A stretch of 64,000 nt of DNA from Scenedesmus sp. PABB004 (taxonomy: Eukaryota), in NCBI GenBank assembly GCA_014905635.1, contig JABVCE010000013.1:930001-994000 (forward strand), read 5' to 3'. Under the pieces are notes generated by a model that was not told the origin of the DNA, searched no databases, and saw nothing but the letters and a program-made list of their open reading frames with translations. This document shows, piece by piece, positions 1-12,260 of this stretch. Made by a program: the position numbers and the translations under genes. Position 1 is the first letter of the stretch. Each line of letters starts with the position of its first letter.

Positions 1-147
1 AAAAGGGCGCAGCGCCTGCGCCGACGACGCGCGGGGGCGCGCGCGGGCGAGACGCGGTGTTGAGGGCGCCGCCGCGCGCCGCGCAGCGCGACTGCCGCCG
101 AGCGCCGGGCGACCCAGGTGCGCCGCGCGGCCCGCCCGCGCGCGCGC

Positions 148-1410
148 ACCCGGCGGGCCGCTGAGGCACTTCTGGGAGCCGGAGTAGATGCAGTCCACGC
201 CCCACGCGTCGGCAAAGAGCGGCACGCCGCCGAGGCTGCACACCGTGTCGACCAGCAGCAGCGTGCCGGTGCGGCGGCAGACCTCGCCGAGCCCCGCGAG
301 CGACTGGTGCGTGCCCGTGCTGCTCTCGCCCTGGCAGAGGAAGAGGACCTTGGGCTTGTGCTGCTCCAGCGCGGCCGTGAGCTCGGGCAGGCTGAAGGTC
401 TTGCCCGCGGGCACCTTCAGCTCAATCACGTCGCCTGCGGCGCGCGGTCAGGGGCCCCCCGCGCGCGCGGTCAGGCCCCCGCGCCGGCCACGCGCCGCCG
501 CCGCCGGGCCAACGGCGCCCGCCGCGCCGCCCGCCGCGCCGCGCCCGCCGCGCTGCGCGCCGCGCGCGCACCGCCGTAGCGCGCCGAGAGGTCTGCCACG
601 CGCTCGCCCCAGATGCCGGCGTTGCCGACGATGATCTTCTCCCCCGGCTCCAGCAGGTTGGCGATCGCGGCCTCCATGCCCGCGTGCCCCGTGCCCGACA
701 CCATCAGCGTGTACTTGCTGTCCGTCTGGAAGACGTACCTGCGGCGCGGCCGCGCCGGCGGCGGCGCGTCGGCGCCCGCATCGGCCAGCCGAGGGCGGGC
801 GAGGGCGGGCGGGCCGCCTTTCCAGCGCGCCTGCGCCGGCGCGGCGCGGCCGCGGCTCACCGCAGGCCCTCGCTGATCTCGTCCATTATCTTGAGGAAGG
901 GCGGGTGCATGTGCCCCAGCAGCGGCAGCGCCTGCGCCGCCAGGATGCGCGGGTGCGCGTTGGCGGGCCCGGGGCCCATCAGCAGGCGCTGCGGCACCTG
1001 CGGGCGGGCGCCGGCCGGGGCGGCGGGCGGCCGGGCGGCGGCGGCGCGTGGGCGCGGCAGGGCGGTGCGAACGCCGCTGCGCCAGGGGCGTGGGGCGGCG
1101 GCGCCCGCCGTCGAGGCGGCGCGGCGCCCGCCGCCGCTGCTGCCGCGGCCAGCGCCGGCTGTGCGGCGCGTGCCGGGCGCGGGCGGCCCGCATCGAGCAC
1201 GGTGGGGCCGGCCCGAGTCGGGGGCGGCCAATGCGCCGCAATCGGGCACGCGCACGCCCACGCCGGCAAAGCCGCGCACACCTCCATCACGCTGCTCGCG
1301 GCGCGGTGCGCATTGCTCACGGTCCCAACCACCTCGCCCGCGCGAGCGGCGTGCGCGAAGGCGCGGGCGCCGAACGGCAGCAGCCGCGCCGCTGCTTGGC
1401 GGGCGGACAT
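148..1410 (-). CDS. AGT: Alanine:glyoxylate / serine:pyruvate aminotransferase (class V PLP enzyme), multi-exon; 3' part continues beyond position 1
   Basis: Spliced exons read [18 protein letters not shown] (mitochondrial-like presequence) / [19 protein letters not shown] / [34 protein letters not shown] / QGESSTG...[11 protein letters not shown]...[13 protein letters not shown] (PLP lysine motif SQK). GT..CAG introns. Confidence 0.92.
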
Positions 1411-1727
1411 CTTGCTGCGCCGGCTGCGGGTGACTGGCGGGCGGCGCGCCGGGGACGGAGGGGGCCGGCGGTGACGGGACCGCGGGCGCGGGCGCGGCGA
1501 GGGAGGCGCGCCGCCGCGCGGCGGCGGGCGGCGGCGGCGCAGGGCCCGGGCCGCTTGAACTGCCGCCGCCGCCGCAGGGCCCCCTGCGCGCGCCCGCTCT
1601 CCCGGTCTGCTCCTGCGCCGTCGTCGTCACGTGTCACGGCAGCCCCTCGCCCGCACGCCCGCAACAGCAGCAGACCCGCGGCCCCCCTCCCGCAGCAGCC
1701 CGCCCCCGCCCGATCGGGCCGCCCGCG

Positions 1728-2351
1728 ATGCTCTCCCGCGTCGCCGGCGCCCTGGTCGGCGCCTCGCACGGCGCCCCGGCGCTGCTGGCGGGCGGCGCGC
1801 CGCTGCAGCAGCAGGCGGTCGCCGCCGCTGCTGCGGGCGGCGCGTCGGGCCTCGCGACCAAGGCGACCCGCGCGGCGCCGCCCTACAAGGCCGCCGCGGC
1901 GGGCAAGGCGCCGCGCGGGCCCAAGGGCGGCGCCAAGAAGAAGGCCGGCCCGCCGCGCGCGGTCTCGGCGTACGCGTTTTTCATCAAGCAGCGTGCGACC
2001 GGCGGCACCGGCAGCGCCGCAGAGCGCATGCGCGAGCTCGCGGCGGCCTGGAAGGCGCTGCCCGAGTCCGCGCGCGCGCCGTTCGCCGCGCTCGCGGCGG
2101 AGAGCAAGGCCGAGTCGGCGGCCGCGCGCGCGGCGGCCAAGTCGGCGCGCGGGCCGCCGACCGCGTACAACACGTGGTGCGCCGAGGTGAGCCGCGACCT
2201 CGCGGCGAGCGCGCCCGGCATGACCGCGCCGCAGCGCATGTCGGAGGCCGCGGCGCGCTGGCGCGCGCTGCCCGACGGCGAGAAGTCGCGGCGGCAGGCG
2301 GCGGCCAAGGCGGCGCGCGACGCGTGGAAGGCCGCCGGCGGCGGCGCGTAG
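1728..2351 (+). CDS. Intronless tandem HMG-box protein with putative organellar targeting peptide (207 aa)
   Basis: Box 1 PPRAVSAYAFFIKQ...ELAAAWKALPESARAPF; box 2 PPTAYNTWCAE...EAAARWRALPDGEK. The first ~90 aa have no acidic residues (MLSRVAGALVG...GLATKA). Confidence 0.85.
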   Translation: MLSRVAGALVGASHGAPALLAGGAPLQQQAVAAAAAGGASGLATKATRAAPPYKAAAAGKAPRGPKGGAKKKAGPPRAVSAYAFFIKQRATGGTGSAAERMRELAAAWKALPESARAPFAALAAESKAESAAARAAAKSARGPPTAYNTWCAEVSRDLAASAPGMTAPQRMSEAAARWRALPDGEKSRRQAAAKAARDAWKAAGGGA

Positions 2352-2446
2352 CGCGCGCGCGCGCGCGCGCGCGGGCGCGCGCAGCAGCTGCAGCGGCAGC
2401 TGCTGCCGGCGCGCCGCGCGCGCGGCTTGGCGCGGGCGGTCGCGGG

Positions 2447-2517
2447 GCGCGGGGTTGGGCGCCGGGGGGGGGGGGGGGGGGGGCTGGAGGGGGGGGGGGC
2501 TGGAGGGGGCTGGGGGA
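2447..2517 (+). repeat. Poly-G / G-tract array with G-quadruplex potential
   Basis: G20 run at 2464-2483 followed by CTGGAG(G)n units, in the intergenic space. Confidence 0.7.
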
Positions 2518-2900
2518 GTGTTGCATGTACCCATACGCGCGTGGCTGCTCTGGGCGTTGCGGGGCGCTGCTGCGCGAGGTGACCGCGCACGCCCGGGGAC
2601 GACGCCACGCCGCGCCGCGCGCGACGGCCGGCCGCCGTCCGCGACGCGCACAGCCCGCAGCCGGCCAGAACGCCTACTGCGTGCTGCCCGCGACCAAACG
2701 ACGCGGCGCGAGGCAGACACATCCGCCCCAGTTTGAACGGCCGCGCCGCGCGTCACTTCGCACGCTCGAAGCGCCGCCGCCACACACCGCAAGCGCCTGC
2801 AGCCCCTCCCGCCGCTCCAGTCGGCGGGGCCTCGCGCCCGGCACGCGCACAGGGGCGCCGCGCGGCATGCGCGCAGCGCACGGCTGAGAACAGGGACGCG

Positions 2901-5900
2901 ATGCCGCTCCTCGGCGCCAAGGCGTTCGCGCCCGGCCCCCGCGAGCCGCCGCCGGGCGTGAGCGAGGTGTTTGTGATCCGCTGCACCGGCGAGTGCGTGC
3001 GCAGCTTCGAGGAGTACACCGCCAAGCGCGCCCTGTACGCGCAGCAGCAGTGGTCGGACAAGTACCACGGCAAGGGCGGCCTCACGTACGAGGAGGCGCT
3101 GCACGTGGAGCTCGACGCGGAGGAGCAGATCCGGAAGCAGGTGGGGAGGCGCCCGGAGGGCCCGTCCGGGCGCGCGCCGCCCGGCGGCGGGCGCCGCAGC
3201 GCCGCTGATCCCCCGCGCCGGCCCCGCCCGCGCCGCGCGTGCTGCGCCGCCAGTTCCCGCGCGCGCTGGAGGGCCGCGCGGTGCGGCTGATCCACCACAG
3301 CACGCTGCGCAAGGACGAGCTCATCGGCAAGCTGCACGACGCGCTGCGCGGCGCGGCGCCGGGCGACAGCGACAAGGAGAATGGCGCCGCGGGCGAGCCG
3401 TGGCAGGGCGGCGCGGCCGCGCCGCCCGTGACCAAGCGCCTGCTGGGCCAGTTCCTGCTCTATGTGCGCCGGCGGGCGGGCGGGCGGCGCGCGCCCGCGG
3501 CGGCGACGGGCTACGCAGGGGCCACGCTGAGCGCCGAGCGCCGCCGCTGCCCGCGTCGCGGCCGCGCAGGTGGCGGACAAGCACAAGCCCGGCGTGTGGG
3601 TGGTCAAGGACGAGTGGGTGCGGCGCCACGGCCTGGCGACGCAGCTGCCGGAGGGCCTGCGGGCCGCCGAGATGCCCGCGAGTGCGTGCCGCGCTGCGCG
3701 ACACGGCGGCGGCGGGAGTGGCGGGGCGCGCGCGCCGCCGGCAGCGCCCCTGACGCGCCGCTCGCGCGCCGCGTCCGCGCCGCAGGCCCCGTGCCCACCA
3801 AGGGCGCCGCGGGCGGCGGCGCCGAGGGCACGCCCATGCGCTCGCCGGCCAAGGGCCGCACCAGCACTGGCGAGGCCGCGCCGGCGCGCACGCTCGAGGT
3901 GCGCCCCCGCGCGCGCGGCGGCTGGCCGGCGGCCGCGCGGAGGCCCGCGCCGCCCCGGCCCAGCCTGCCGCTGCTGCCGCCCGCGCGCAGGAGGAGGAGG
4001 CGCGGCTGCGCCCCGGCTCGCTCAAGTCGGTGGCGTTTGGCGTCATGAAGTCCCGCGGCGCGGCCGCGCCGGTGACGGCGGATGACATCATCCGCATCAC
4101 CACCGCCGACGGCAGCCGCGTCGACTGGAGCGACAAGGACCGCCGCTCGCTGGCCAACGTGCGGCGCGGCGCGGGGCGCGGCACGGGCGCGGCGCGGCGC
4201 GGCGCGGGGCAGGAGTGCGGCCGGCCGCGGCACGAGCGCCGCGCCGCCGCTCACGGCGGGCCCGCCGCCGCCGCCGCCGCCGCCGCACGGGCGCGCAGGC
4301 GCTGCAGTCGGACGTGTTTGTGCGCGTGTCGCGCGGCACGTACACCATCCGCGCGCTGGCGCCGGAGCTCGCCGCGGCGACGCCGGCGGCGGCGGGCCAG
4401 GCGACGCCTGCGAGCGGCGGTGGCGCGGCCGGCGCGGCGGGGGCGGCGTCGGGCGGCGGCAAGGTGGGCCCGCGCGGCGCGCTGCGCGGCGCGCCGTCGG
4501 ACGGTGGGGCCGCGCGGCACGGTGCCCCGCGGCGCCGGCCGACGCGGCGCCCGACGCCGCTGCGCGCGCAGGAGCCCGCCGCCGCCGGCGAGGCGGAGGG
4601 CGCGGAGCAGAGCGGGCTCGCGCGCGCCGAGGCCGTGCTCGCGCAGGCGAAGCGCGCGCTCGCGGCGCGCCAGGCGGACCTCGCGACGGCGGAGCAGGCC
4701 GAGGCCGTGTGCCAGCGCCGCCTCGCAGAGGGCAAGGCGGCTGAGAAGGCCAAGCCCTCGCCCGCCAAGGCCGGCGCCGTGGCCGCCGGCGACGCCGCCG
4801 GCGACGCGGCCGCGGCGCCGGCCGAGGACCTGGACGCCAAGTTTGCGCTGCCGGATCGCCTGCGTGACTACACGGGTGCGCGCGCGCTCCAGCCGCCCGC
4901 CCGCCGCCGCACCCGCACCCGCACCCGCCGCCGCCGCCGCCCTGCCCTGCCCACGCGCTGCCCCTCACACCCTCCTGCGCCGCCGCGCCGCGCCCGCCAG
5001 GCCCCGCCGACGACCGCAAGGCGCTGAGCGCGTGGCGGCAGGAGAAGCAGAAGGAGGAGAAGCGCCTGGCGGCGGAACGGTGCGCGCGGCGCGCGCCCCG
5101 GGTCGGCCCACCCGCCCGCCTGGTCGGTTTTGCCACGCCCTGCGGAGCGGCGGCCCGGCTGACGCCCGCGCGTCCACCGCGCACGCCGTCGCCGCACGCA
5201 GGGCGGCGTACGTGCAGCAGCAGCGCCTTGCGGCGGCCAAGGCGGCCAAGGCGGGCACCGAGGCGCTGCAGCAGGCGGCCGACCGCGCCAAGAAGGCGCG
5301 CGAGGAGGCCGCGGCCAAGGTGCGCGGCGCGGCACGCAGCAGCACGCGCGCCGGCAGCACAGCTGGCCAGGGAGCGTGCTCGACACGGCGCTCGCGCCGC
5401 CGCTGCCGCCCCCTCTGCCGCCGCCAGGCGGGCCGCGCCGTCAAGGCGGTGGCCGATGCGCAGCGCGCCGTGGAGCGCGAGCAGCAGCGCGAGCGCCTGC
5501 GCGGCATCAAGGAGCAGAGCAAGGTGGACAAGGAGAAGGCCAAGGCGGTGCGTGGCCACGCTGGGCTGGCCCGCCGGGCTGGCCGGCCAGGCTGGCCCCG
5601 TGGGCCCCGCGGCGCGCGTCCGACGCCGGCGCCACATGCCGCGCGCCGCGCCGCAGGCGGAGAAGGAGGAGCGCGAGCGGCGCCGCGCCGAGGCCCTGGC
5701 CGCGCGGCGGTACCCGATCGACGACCTGGAGCTGCTGGCGGAGGAGCTCGCCGGCGCCGCGCCCGCCGCGGCGCCGCCGGCCGCGGCGCTCGACGTGGCG
5801 GCGATCGCCGACGCGCGGCACCTTGGCGCGGGCGAGAGCCGCGAGCTCGGGCAGCTCTTGTACGTCGCCGACACGCTCAGCCAGTTCGCGCGGCAGCTCG

Positions 5901-8900
5901 GCGTCAAGCCGATCACCAGCGGCGACCTGCAGGCCACGCTCACCGCGGCGGCCGCCGCGGGCGCCGCTGCGGCGGCGGGTGCCGACGTCGGCGGCGACGA
6001 GGGCCGCGCCGCGCGCGAGGCGCTGCAGTGGGTCGCCTGCACCTACCAGCAGCTGCTCAAGGCGCGCGCCGCCTGGAGGGAGGGGGGCGCCCGCCGGGCG
6101 CCGCATCTGACGCATGCCTGCGGCGCCGTGCTGCGCAGCGCGTCGCGCCGCGCCGACCCCGCTGCCGCGGCTCGCCCCGCCGCCGCGCGGCGCGCAGGTG
6201 GTCGTGCGAGACCTCACCGAGGAGGAGGGCTGCGTGCGCCTGTACGCCCGCTGGGAGGAGGCGCTGGAGTCGGCCGGCGCGGGCGTGTGGCCCGAGCTCG
6301 TGCGGCGCTGGGTGTTCACGCAGCAGCTCGACAAGCTCGCCTCGCCCGAGGGTGCGCGGCGGGCCGCGCCGGCGCTGCGCCGTGGCCGGCCCGCGCCGCG
6401 CCGCCGGGGCGCGCGCGCGCCGACGCCCGCGCCGCGCCGCGCCGCGCCGCGCCGCGCCGCGCCGCGCCGCGCCGCGCCGCGCCGCGCCGCGCCGCGCCGC
6501 AGCCCTCGAGGCCGCGTCGTTCCTGCTGCAGCACGAGGCGGCGGCGCTCTCGCCGGCGCAGCACCTCGCGCTGCTGAGCCAGCTGCTCGACGACGCGCTC
6601 GGCACCACGCTCATCCGTGACGTCCTCGCCAGCCGGTGCGCGCGCCGCGAGCGCTGGCTGCTCGCCGCTCGCCGCCCGCCGGCGACCCGCCCATGCCCAC
6701 GCCCGCGCCGCGCCCGTCCGCCTGCGTGTGCACGCGTCAGGATCGAGGACGCCGCCGAGCTCGCCGCCGGCGTGCGCGCGGAGCTGGCTGAGGGGCGGAA
6801 GAAGCTGCGCGAGCTGGCCGACGCCGAGAAGGACAGCAAGCGGCGCAAGCGCGCGGCGGCGCTCGCGCTCGCCACGGTACGCGCGACCCGGAGCCGCTCC
6901 GCGCCTGCCGGCCGCGCCCGCCGCCGTCGGCGCGCGCGCCAAGCTCGTGCCGCACCGCGCCGTGCCCGCAGGCGGCCGCCGAGCGTGCGCTGCGCGAGAA
7001 GGGCGAGCTGCCCGCCGGCGAGGCGGCCGCCGGCAGCACCAAGCCCGAGGCCGGCGATGCCAAGGCCGCCGAGGGCGGCAGCGAGGGCGGCAGCAAGGAG
7101 GAGCAGGCGGCCAAGAAGCTGCAGGCCGCGACCAGGGACATCCTGTCGCGCCTCGCGAGCTCCGGTGCGGCGGCGGGCCGCGGCCCGCCCGCGCGCACGC
7201 TCGCAGGCGGCCGGCGCGCGCAGCCCCCTGACGCGCGCCGGCGCGTGCAGGCGGCGCCGGCGTGACGCTGGCCGAGCTGGAGGCCGAGCTGGGCGGCGAG
7301 GCGGAGGAGGAGCCGAGCTGGGAGCTGCCAGAGGAGCTGCTTGAGTACAGGTGGGCTCCTCTCCAGCGCGGCGGCGCTCGCCGCTCCAGCGCGGACGCGC
7401 TCGCCACGCGCCGGGCCCCCGGCACACTCGCTCCCTCCTCCGTTCCCGCCCTCTTGCCCCCGCTTCCCACTCACGCATGTGGCCGGGCCGCCCGCGCCGC
7501 TGCCGCCGCCGCCGCCGCCGCCCCGCCGCAGCGGCCCGCCGGGCGACAAGAAGCTGATGAGCGAATTCCGGCGCAAGCAGCAGGAGGCGCGGCGGCGCCT
7601 CGACGCGGCCAAGGCCAAGTGGGCGTCCGGCAAGGCCGCGCGCGACAAGGCACGCGCGGACAAGCGCAAGAAGGAGGCCGACGCGGAGCGCCGCCTCGCG
7701 GCGGAGCGCGCGCGCGCCGAGGACGCGCTCGCAGAGTGAGCGCGGCGCGCGGCGCCGCTGGGCGCAGCCGTGCGCTGCCGCCGCACGTTTGCTCGTGCGC
7801 CCGTGCCCGCGCCCGTGCCCGCGCCCCCCGCCCACGCCCGCCCACGCCGCGCACCGCCGCGCGCCGCCGCAGGCAGCAGGAGCGCCTGGAGCAGCAGCTG
7901 GAGCGCTACCTGCTGCGCCGCCAGCCCCTCGGCGCCGACCGGCACGGCCGGCTCTACTGGTGGGGCCTCGGCGGCGCCCGGGAGGGCCTGCTGCTGCAGC
8001 ACGAGGTCGGCGGCGCCGAGGCGACGCTCGGCCTGCTGCGGGACGCCGCGGCCGCGCCGCCGGCTCTGGCGGCGAAGCGGGAGGCGAGCGGCGGCGGCGA
8101 CCGGCGCGGCAGTGGCGGCGGCCCCGACCGCCCGCTCGTGGCGCCGCTGGACCACCGCGGCCTGCTGCTGCCGGCCGGCCCGGAGGGCTGGGCCGTCCTG
8201 GACGACCCGCCGCTGCTGGAGGCGCTCGTGGGCTGCCTCGAGCAGCGCGGCGTGCGGGAGAAGGAGCTGCGGGGCACGCTCGACAAGGTGCGCTGGGCAG
8301 GGCGTGCCGGCGCGCGCCGCGCCGCCGCGCCGCGCCGCGCCGCGCCGGCCCCGCGCTCAGCAGCCGCGGCCGCCACCGCGCGCGCAGATGCTGCCGAGCA
8401 TGTCGGCGGCCATCGCCAAGGCCGCCGCCGCCGCGCGCGCCGCCGCGGCCGCGGCCGCCGCGGGCGACGACGGCGACGCCACGCCCGCCGGCGCGCGGTC
8501 CAAGGAGGCCAAGGCCCGCAAGGAGCGCGAGGCGCTCGCGCCGCGCGAGCTGCCGTCGCGCCACGCGCGCTCCGCGGCGCAGGAGCAGATCCGCAAGACC
8601 GGCACCGCCGCCGCCAAGAGCAAGGAGGAGGCCGCCGCCGCGGCGGCCGCCGCGGCCGCCGCCGCCGCCGCAGTGGGCGGCGGCGACGACGACGGTGAGC
8701 GCAGCCCGCCCGCCAGCGCCGCCGCGCCACACCACGCGACCCGCCATGCGCGCGCGCGCGCGCGCGTCGCCGACGGCTTCCGCCCGCCCGCGCGCCCGGC
8801 AGGCCCCTTCCGCGGCTGGCAGGCGGCCGCGGTGAAGAGCGCGGTCGGCTGCCTCGCGGAGCTGGCGAGCGCGGCGGCGGCGGCCAAGCTGGCCTGCCCC

Positions 8901-10217
8901 GCGGCGGGCGCGTCGTGGGCGCAGTTCCGGCAGCTCCTGGAGGGCCTGTCCGCGGGCGAGGTGCCCGAGCGCTGGGCGAGCGACGTCTGTGTCGCCGCCG
9001 CCACGCTCGCGAGCGGCGGCCCCGCCGGCGCCGCGGCGCTGGCCGGCGCCGCCGACCCCGGCGCGGGCGGGCGCGACGCCGCGTGGGCGCGCGCGCTCGG
9101 GGCCGCCGCCGAGGTGGCGGCCGCCGCGGGCGCGGCGCCCGACGACGCGCGCGACGCCGCGGACGCCGCGTCGGCGCTTGCGCAGCTGCGCCTTGCGCTG
9201 CTCAGCGCCGAGGCGGCCGCCGCCGGCGCCACGGGCGAGCTGCGCTACCTGCTGGCTGGCGAGGGGGGCGCCGGCGCCGAGGAGGAGGAGGAGGAGGAGG
9301 AGCAGGAGCGCAGTTCCGAGGGCGAGGCCATGGCGCTGGACGGCGCCGGCGGGCCACCCGCCGCGGAGCCCGCGGGCCGCGGCCGCGCGGGCCAGGCGGC
9401 GGCGGCCGGGCGCGGCGCCAAGCGCGGCGCGCCGGCGTCCGCCGCGTCGAGCGGCAGCGGCCACGCGGAGGCCGGCGGCGGCGAGGCCGAGGTGGGCACC
9501 GAGGACGGCGGCCCCGCGCGCAAGTGCCGCAAGGCCGGCGGCTCCGACCCCGGCCTGCCGCCCCTGCCCGCGCCGCGCGGCGGCCGCGGCAAGGCCGGCG
9601 CCGCGGCGGCGGCGGGCGACGGCGCCGCCGGCGCCGGCGCGAGCCCCGGCTCGCGCGAGGGCTCGGCCGCGCCTGCCGGCCCGCCCGCGGGCGGCGCCAA
9701 GAAGCGCGGCCGCGGCACCGGCGCCGCGAACGAGGCGGGCAGCAGCCGCGCCGCCAGCCAGGAGCCGGAGGAGGCCTGCGCGGGCGCGGCGCGGCGGGGC
9801 GCCAAGTCGGCGCGCCGCGGCGCCGCCGCCGCCGCGCCCGCGTCGACCGTGTCGGGCGAGGACGAGCCCGGCGCGGGCGCGCTGGCGCGCGCGGACAGCG
9901 CGGCGGCCGCGGAGGCGGGCCGCCACCGCGGCGCGCTGCAGCACCACCGCCGCGAGCACGACGACCAGGACCCCGACGACCCCGACGAGGAGGTGGCAGA
10001 GGAGGGCGAGTCGGAGCTGCCCGCCCGCCTGCTGGGCAAGGCGATCTGGCTGACCGCCGCGGAGCGGGGCGCGTGGCGCGATGGCGTCGCGGCGGCCGGC
10101 ACCGCGGCGGCGCTCGCGTACGCCGCGGCGGCGCTCGGCTTCCACGCGGCCGCGCCGCTCGCGGCGCTCGCGCTCGCGGCGGCGGGCAAGGGCAAGGCCG
10201 GCAAGGCGCGCAAGTGA
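2901..10217 (+). CDS. DDT-domain ISWI-associated chromatin protein (WAC + HARE-HTH + DDT + WHIM1 + WSD), about 16 introns
   Basis: WAC: EVFVIRCTGECVRSFEEY...WSDKYHGKGGLTYEEAL. HARE-HTH-like: PGSLKSVAFGVM...ALQSDVFVRVSRGTYTIR. DDT: GQLLYVADTLSQFARQLGVKPITSGDLQATL. WHIM1: LSPAQHLALLSQLLDDAL. WSD: RRQPLGADRHGRLYWW...LEQRGVREKEL. Stop TGA at 10215-10217. Confidence 0.85.
6431..6500. repeat. (GCCGC)14 intronic pentanucleotide microsatellite
   Basis: Perfect run directly upstream of an intron acceptor. Shorter GCCGC runs occur in many introns of the window. Confidence 0.95.
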
Positions 10218-10690
10218 GCGGGCCCCGGGGGCGCGGCGGGCGGGGGACGTGACGTGCAGATACAAGGGGGGGGGGGTAGCTGCGTAGTGCTGAGAGGGCA
10301 GCGCGCGCAGCGCGGCGTGATGGACGGGCGATCCTGATCGCGGGGGCGAGGGTGGCAGTACAGGGCGTGTGTGTACAGGGCGCGTGCACAGGGTGCGGGC
10401 GGCGAGCTAGCGAGGCGAGCGAGGGCGTCGCACGCCCTGCCGTTGAAACGCGCGAGCTTGAAGCGCGGCGGCGACGCCGCTGCCATGATGATCGCAGCTC
10501 GTGCCAGTACCCGTCATCACGCACAGAGGAGCAGGCCTCGGGAGCCCGGCGATTGGCGACCAGCGCGCGGCGCCACTGCAAAAGCCCTCGTCCTCGCCAG
10601 GGCCCCTGCCCCCGCCGAAACCCGCCCATCACGCCTCCGGCACGCGCACGAAACCACCACCGTCGCGCCAGCCGCGCCCGGCGCTGGGCG

Positions 10691-11095
10691 ATGCAGAGGC
10701 TGGCACGCAGGATGGTGTTCGTCGCCGCGCCGCACAGCCTGGCCGAGCTCGACAGCCGCGCCGCTCCCGCCCTGGGCGGCACGGTCATGCTGCGCTTCAG
10801 CCTGCAGCCGGCGGCCGGCGGGGCGCTGGCGGCGCGCTACTGTCTGCGCAGCGGCGGCGAGAACAGCGGCAGCAGCGGCAACCCTGGGAGCCGCCGCTGG
10901 GGCGGCGCGGGCCGGGAGGTGGCGCCCGTGGACCACCACGCGCTGCTGTTTGCGCCCCCGCTCTCGCTCGGGCGGCACTGCCCGCCGCGGCGCGGCGTGA
11001 GCACGACCGCGGCGGCGGCGCCGCCGCCGTCGCTCGCCCGCGGCAGCGCCGCGCAGCAGCCCCCGCCGCCGCCGCTGGGGCCGCTGCGGCCGGCT

Positions 11096-11159
<64 letters not shown>

Positions 11160-12213
11160 GCGCGCCGGAGCTGCGGCAGCAGCTCGGCCTGCGCCTGCCG
11201 TGGCTGGGCGCGCGGCTGGACGTCGCGGGCTACACCAAGAAGGGCTACATGCGCGGCGGCGGGAAGGAGCAGAACCAGGACAGGTGCGCCCGCGTCCGCC
11301 GCCCGCGCCCGCGGCCGCGGCGGCGGCGGCGCTCGAGCCACGCCGCGCGCGCGCTCGAGCCCCGCCCCCGCCCGCCCTTCCGCGGCGCGCGCAGGGGCTT
11401 GATAATGCGCGCGTTCCGGAGCGGTGAGGAGTCCCTGCTGGCCGTGTTTGACGGCCACGGCGCGAGCGGGCACCACGTGTCGGCCTTCCTCGCGCAGCAC
11501 CTGCCCGCGGTGCTGATGCAGCACCTCGTCGCCGCGGCGGCGGCCGGCGCCGGCGAGGGGCAGCCGGCGCAAGGCGACAAGGGCGGCCGGCAGCAGCAGC
11601 AGCAGCAGCAGCAGCACGGCGCGCCCTCCTGCCCCGAGTTTTTTGACGCCGCGGCGCCCTTTGTTGTGATCCCCGACCACCAGGACGACGCCGCCGCGGC
11701 CGTGGCGGCAGCGGCAGCGGCCGCGGCAGAGGGCCCCGGCGCGGCCGCCGGCGCGCCGCCCTTGGCCGGGCGCGCGGGCCGGCCCGTGCGGCGGCACCAG
11801 GTGGTGCCGCAGCCGGACCCGCCCGGCGGCGGCGGTGGCGGCGCGGCGGTGCCGAGCGCGGCGGTGCGCGCCATGCCGCTGAGCGGCGGCCTGATGACGG
11901 CGGTGTTTGCCGAGACCGACCGCCTGCTCGGCGCCAGCGGCGTCAACGTGCTGGACAGCGGCTCCACGGGTGCGCGCCGCGGGCGCCGCCGGCAGCTGCG
12001 GGCAGGCCGACGCGGGGTGGAGGGGCCGCTGACGCCGCCCGCCCGCCCGCCCTCACGCCCGCCCTCGCGCCCGCCTTGGCGCCCGTGCGCGCGCGCAGCC
12101 GTCGTCTGCCACATCGGCCCCGACGCGATCACCACGGCGTGGGTCGGCGACTCGCGCGCGGTGCTCGGGCGGCGCAAGCCGCGCGCCGGCGGCGCCGGCC
12201 TGCGCGCGGCCGC

Positions 12214-12260
<47 letters not shown>

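Noticed and set aside
3604..10265. Very long ORFs in the track (e.g. 6057-10265 minus 1402 aa, 4030-7344 plus 1104 aa, and similar ones across the window)
   Set aside because: R/A/P/G-rich shadow frames caused by stop-codon scarcity at extreme GC; they overlap real spliced genes and have no recognisable motifs.
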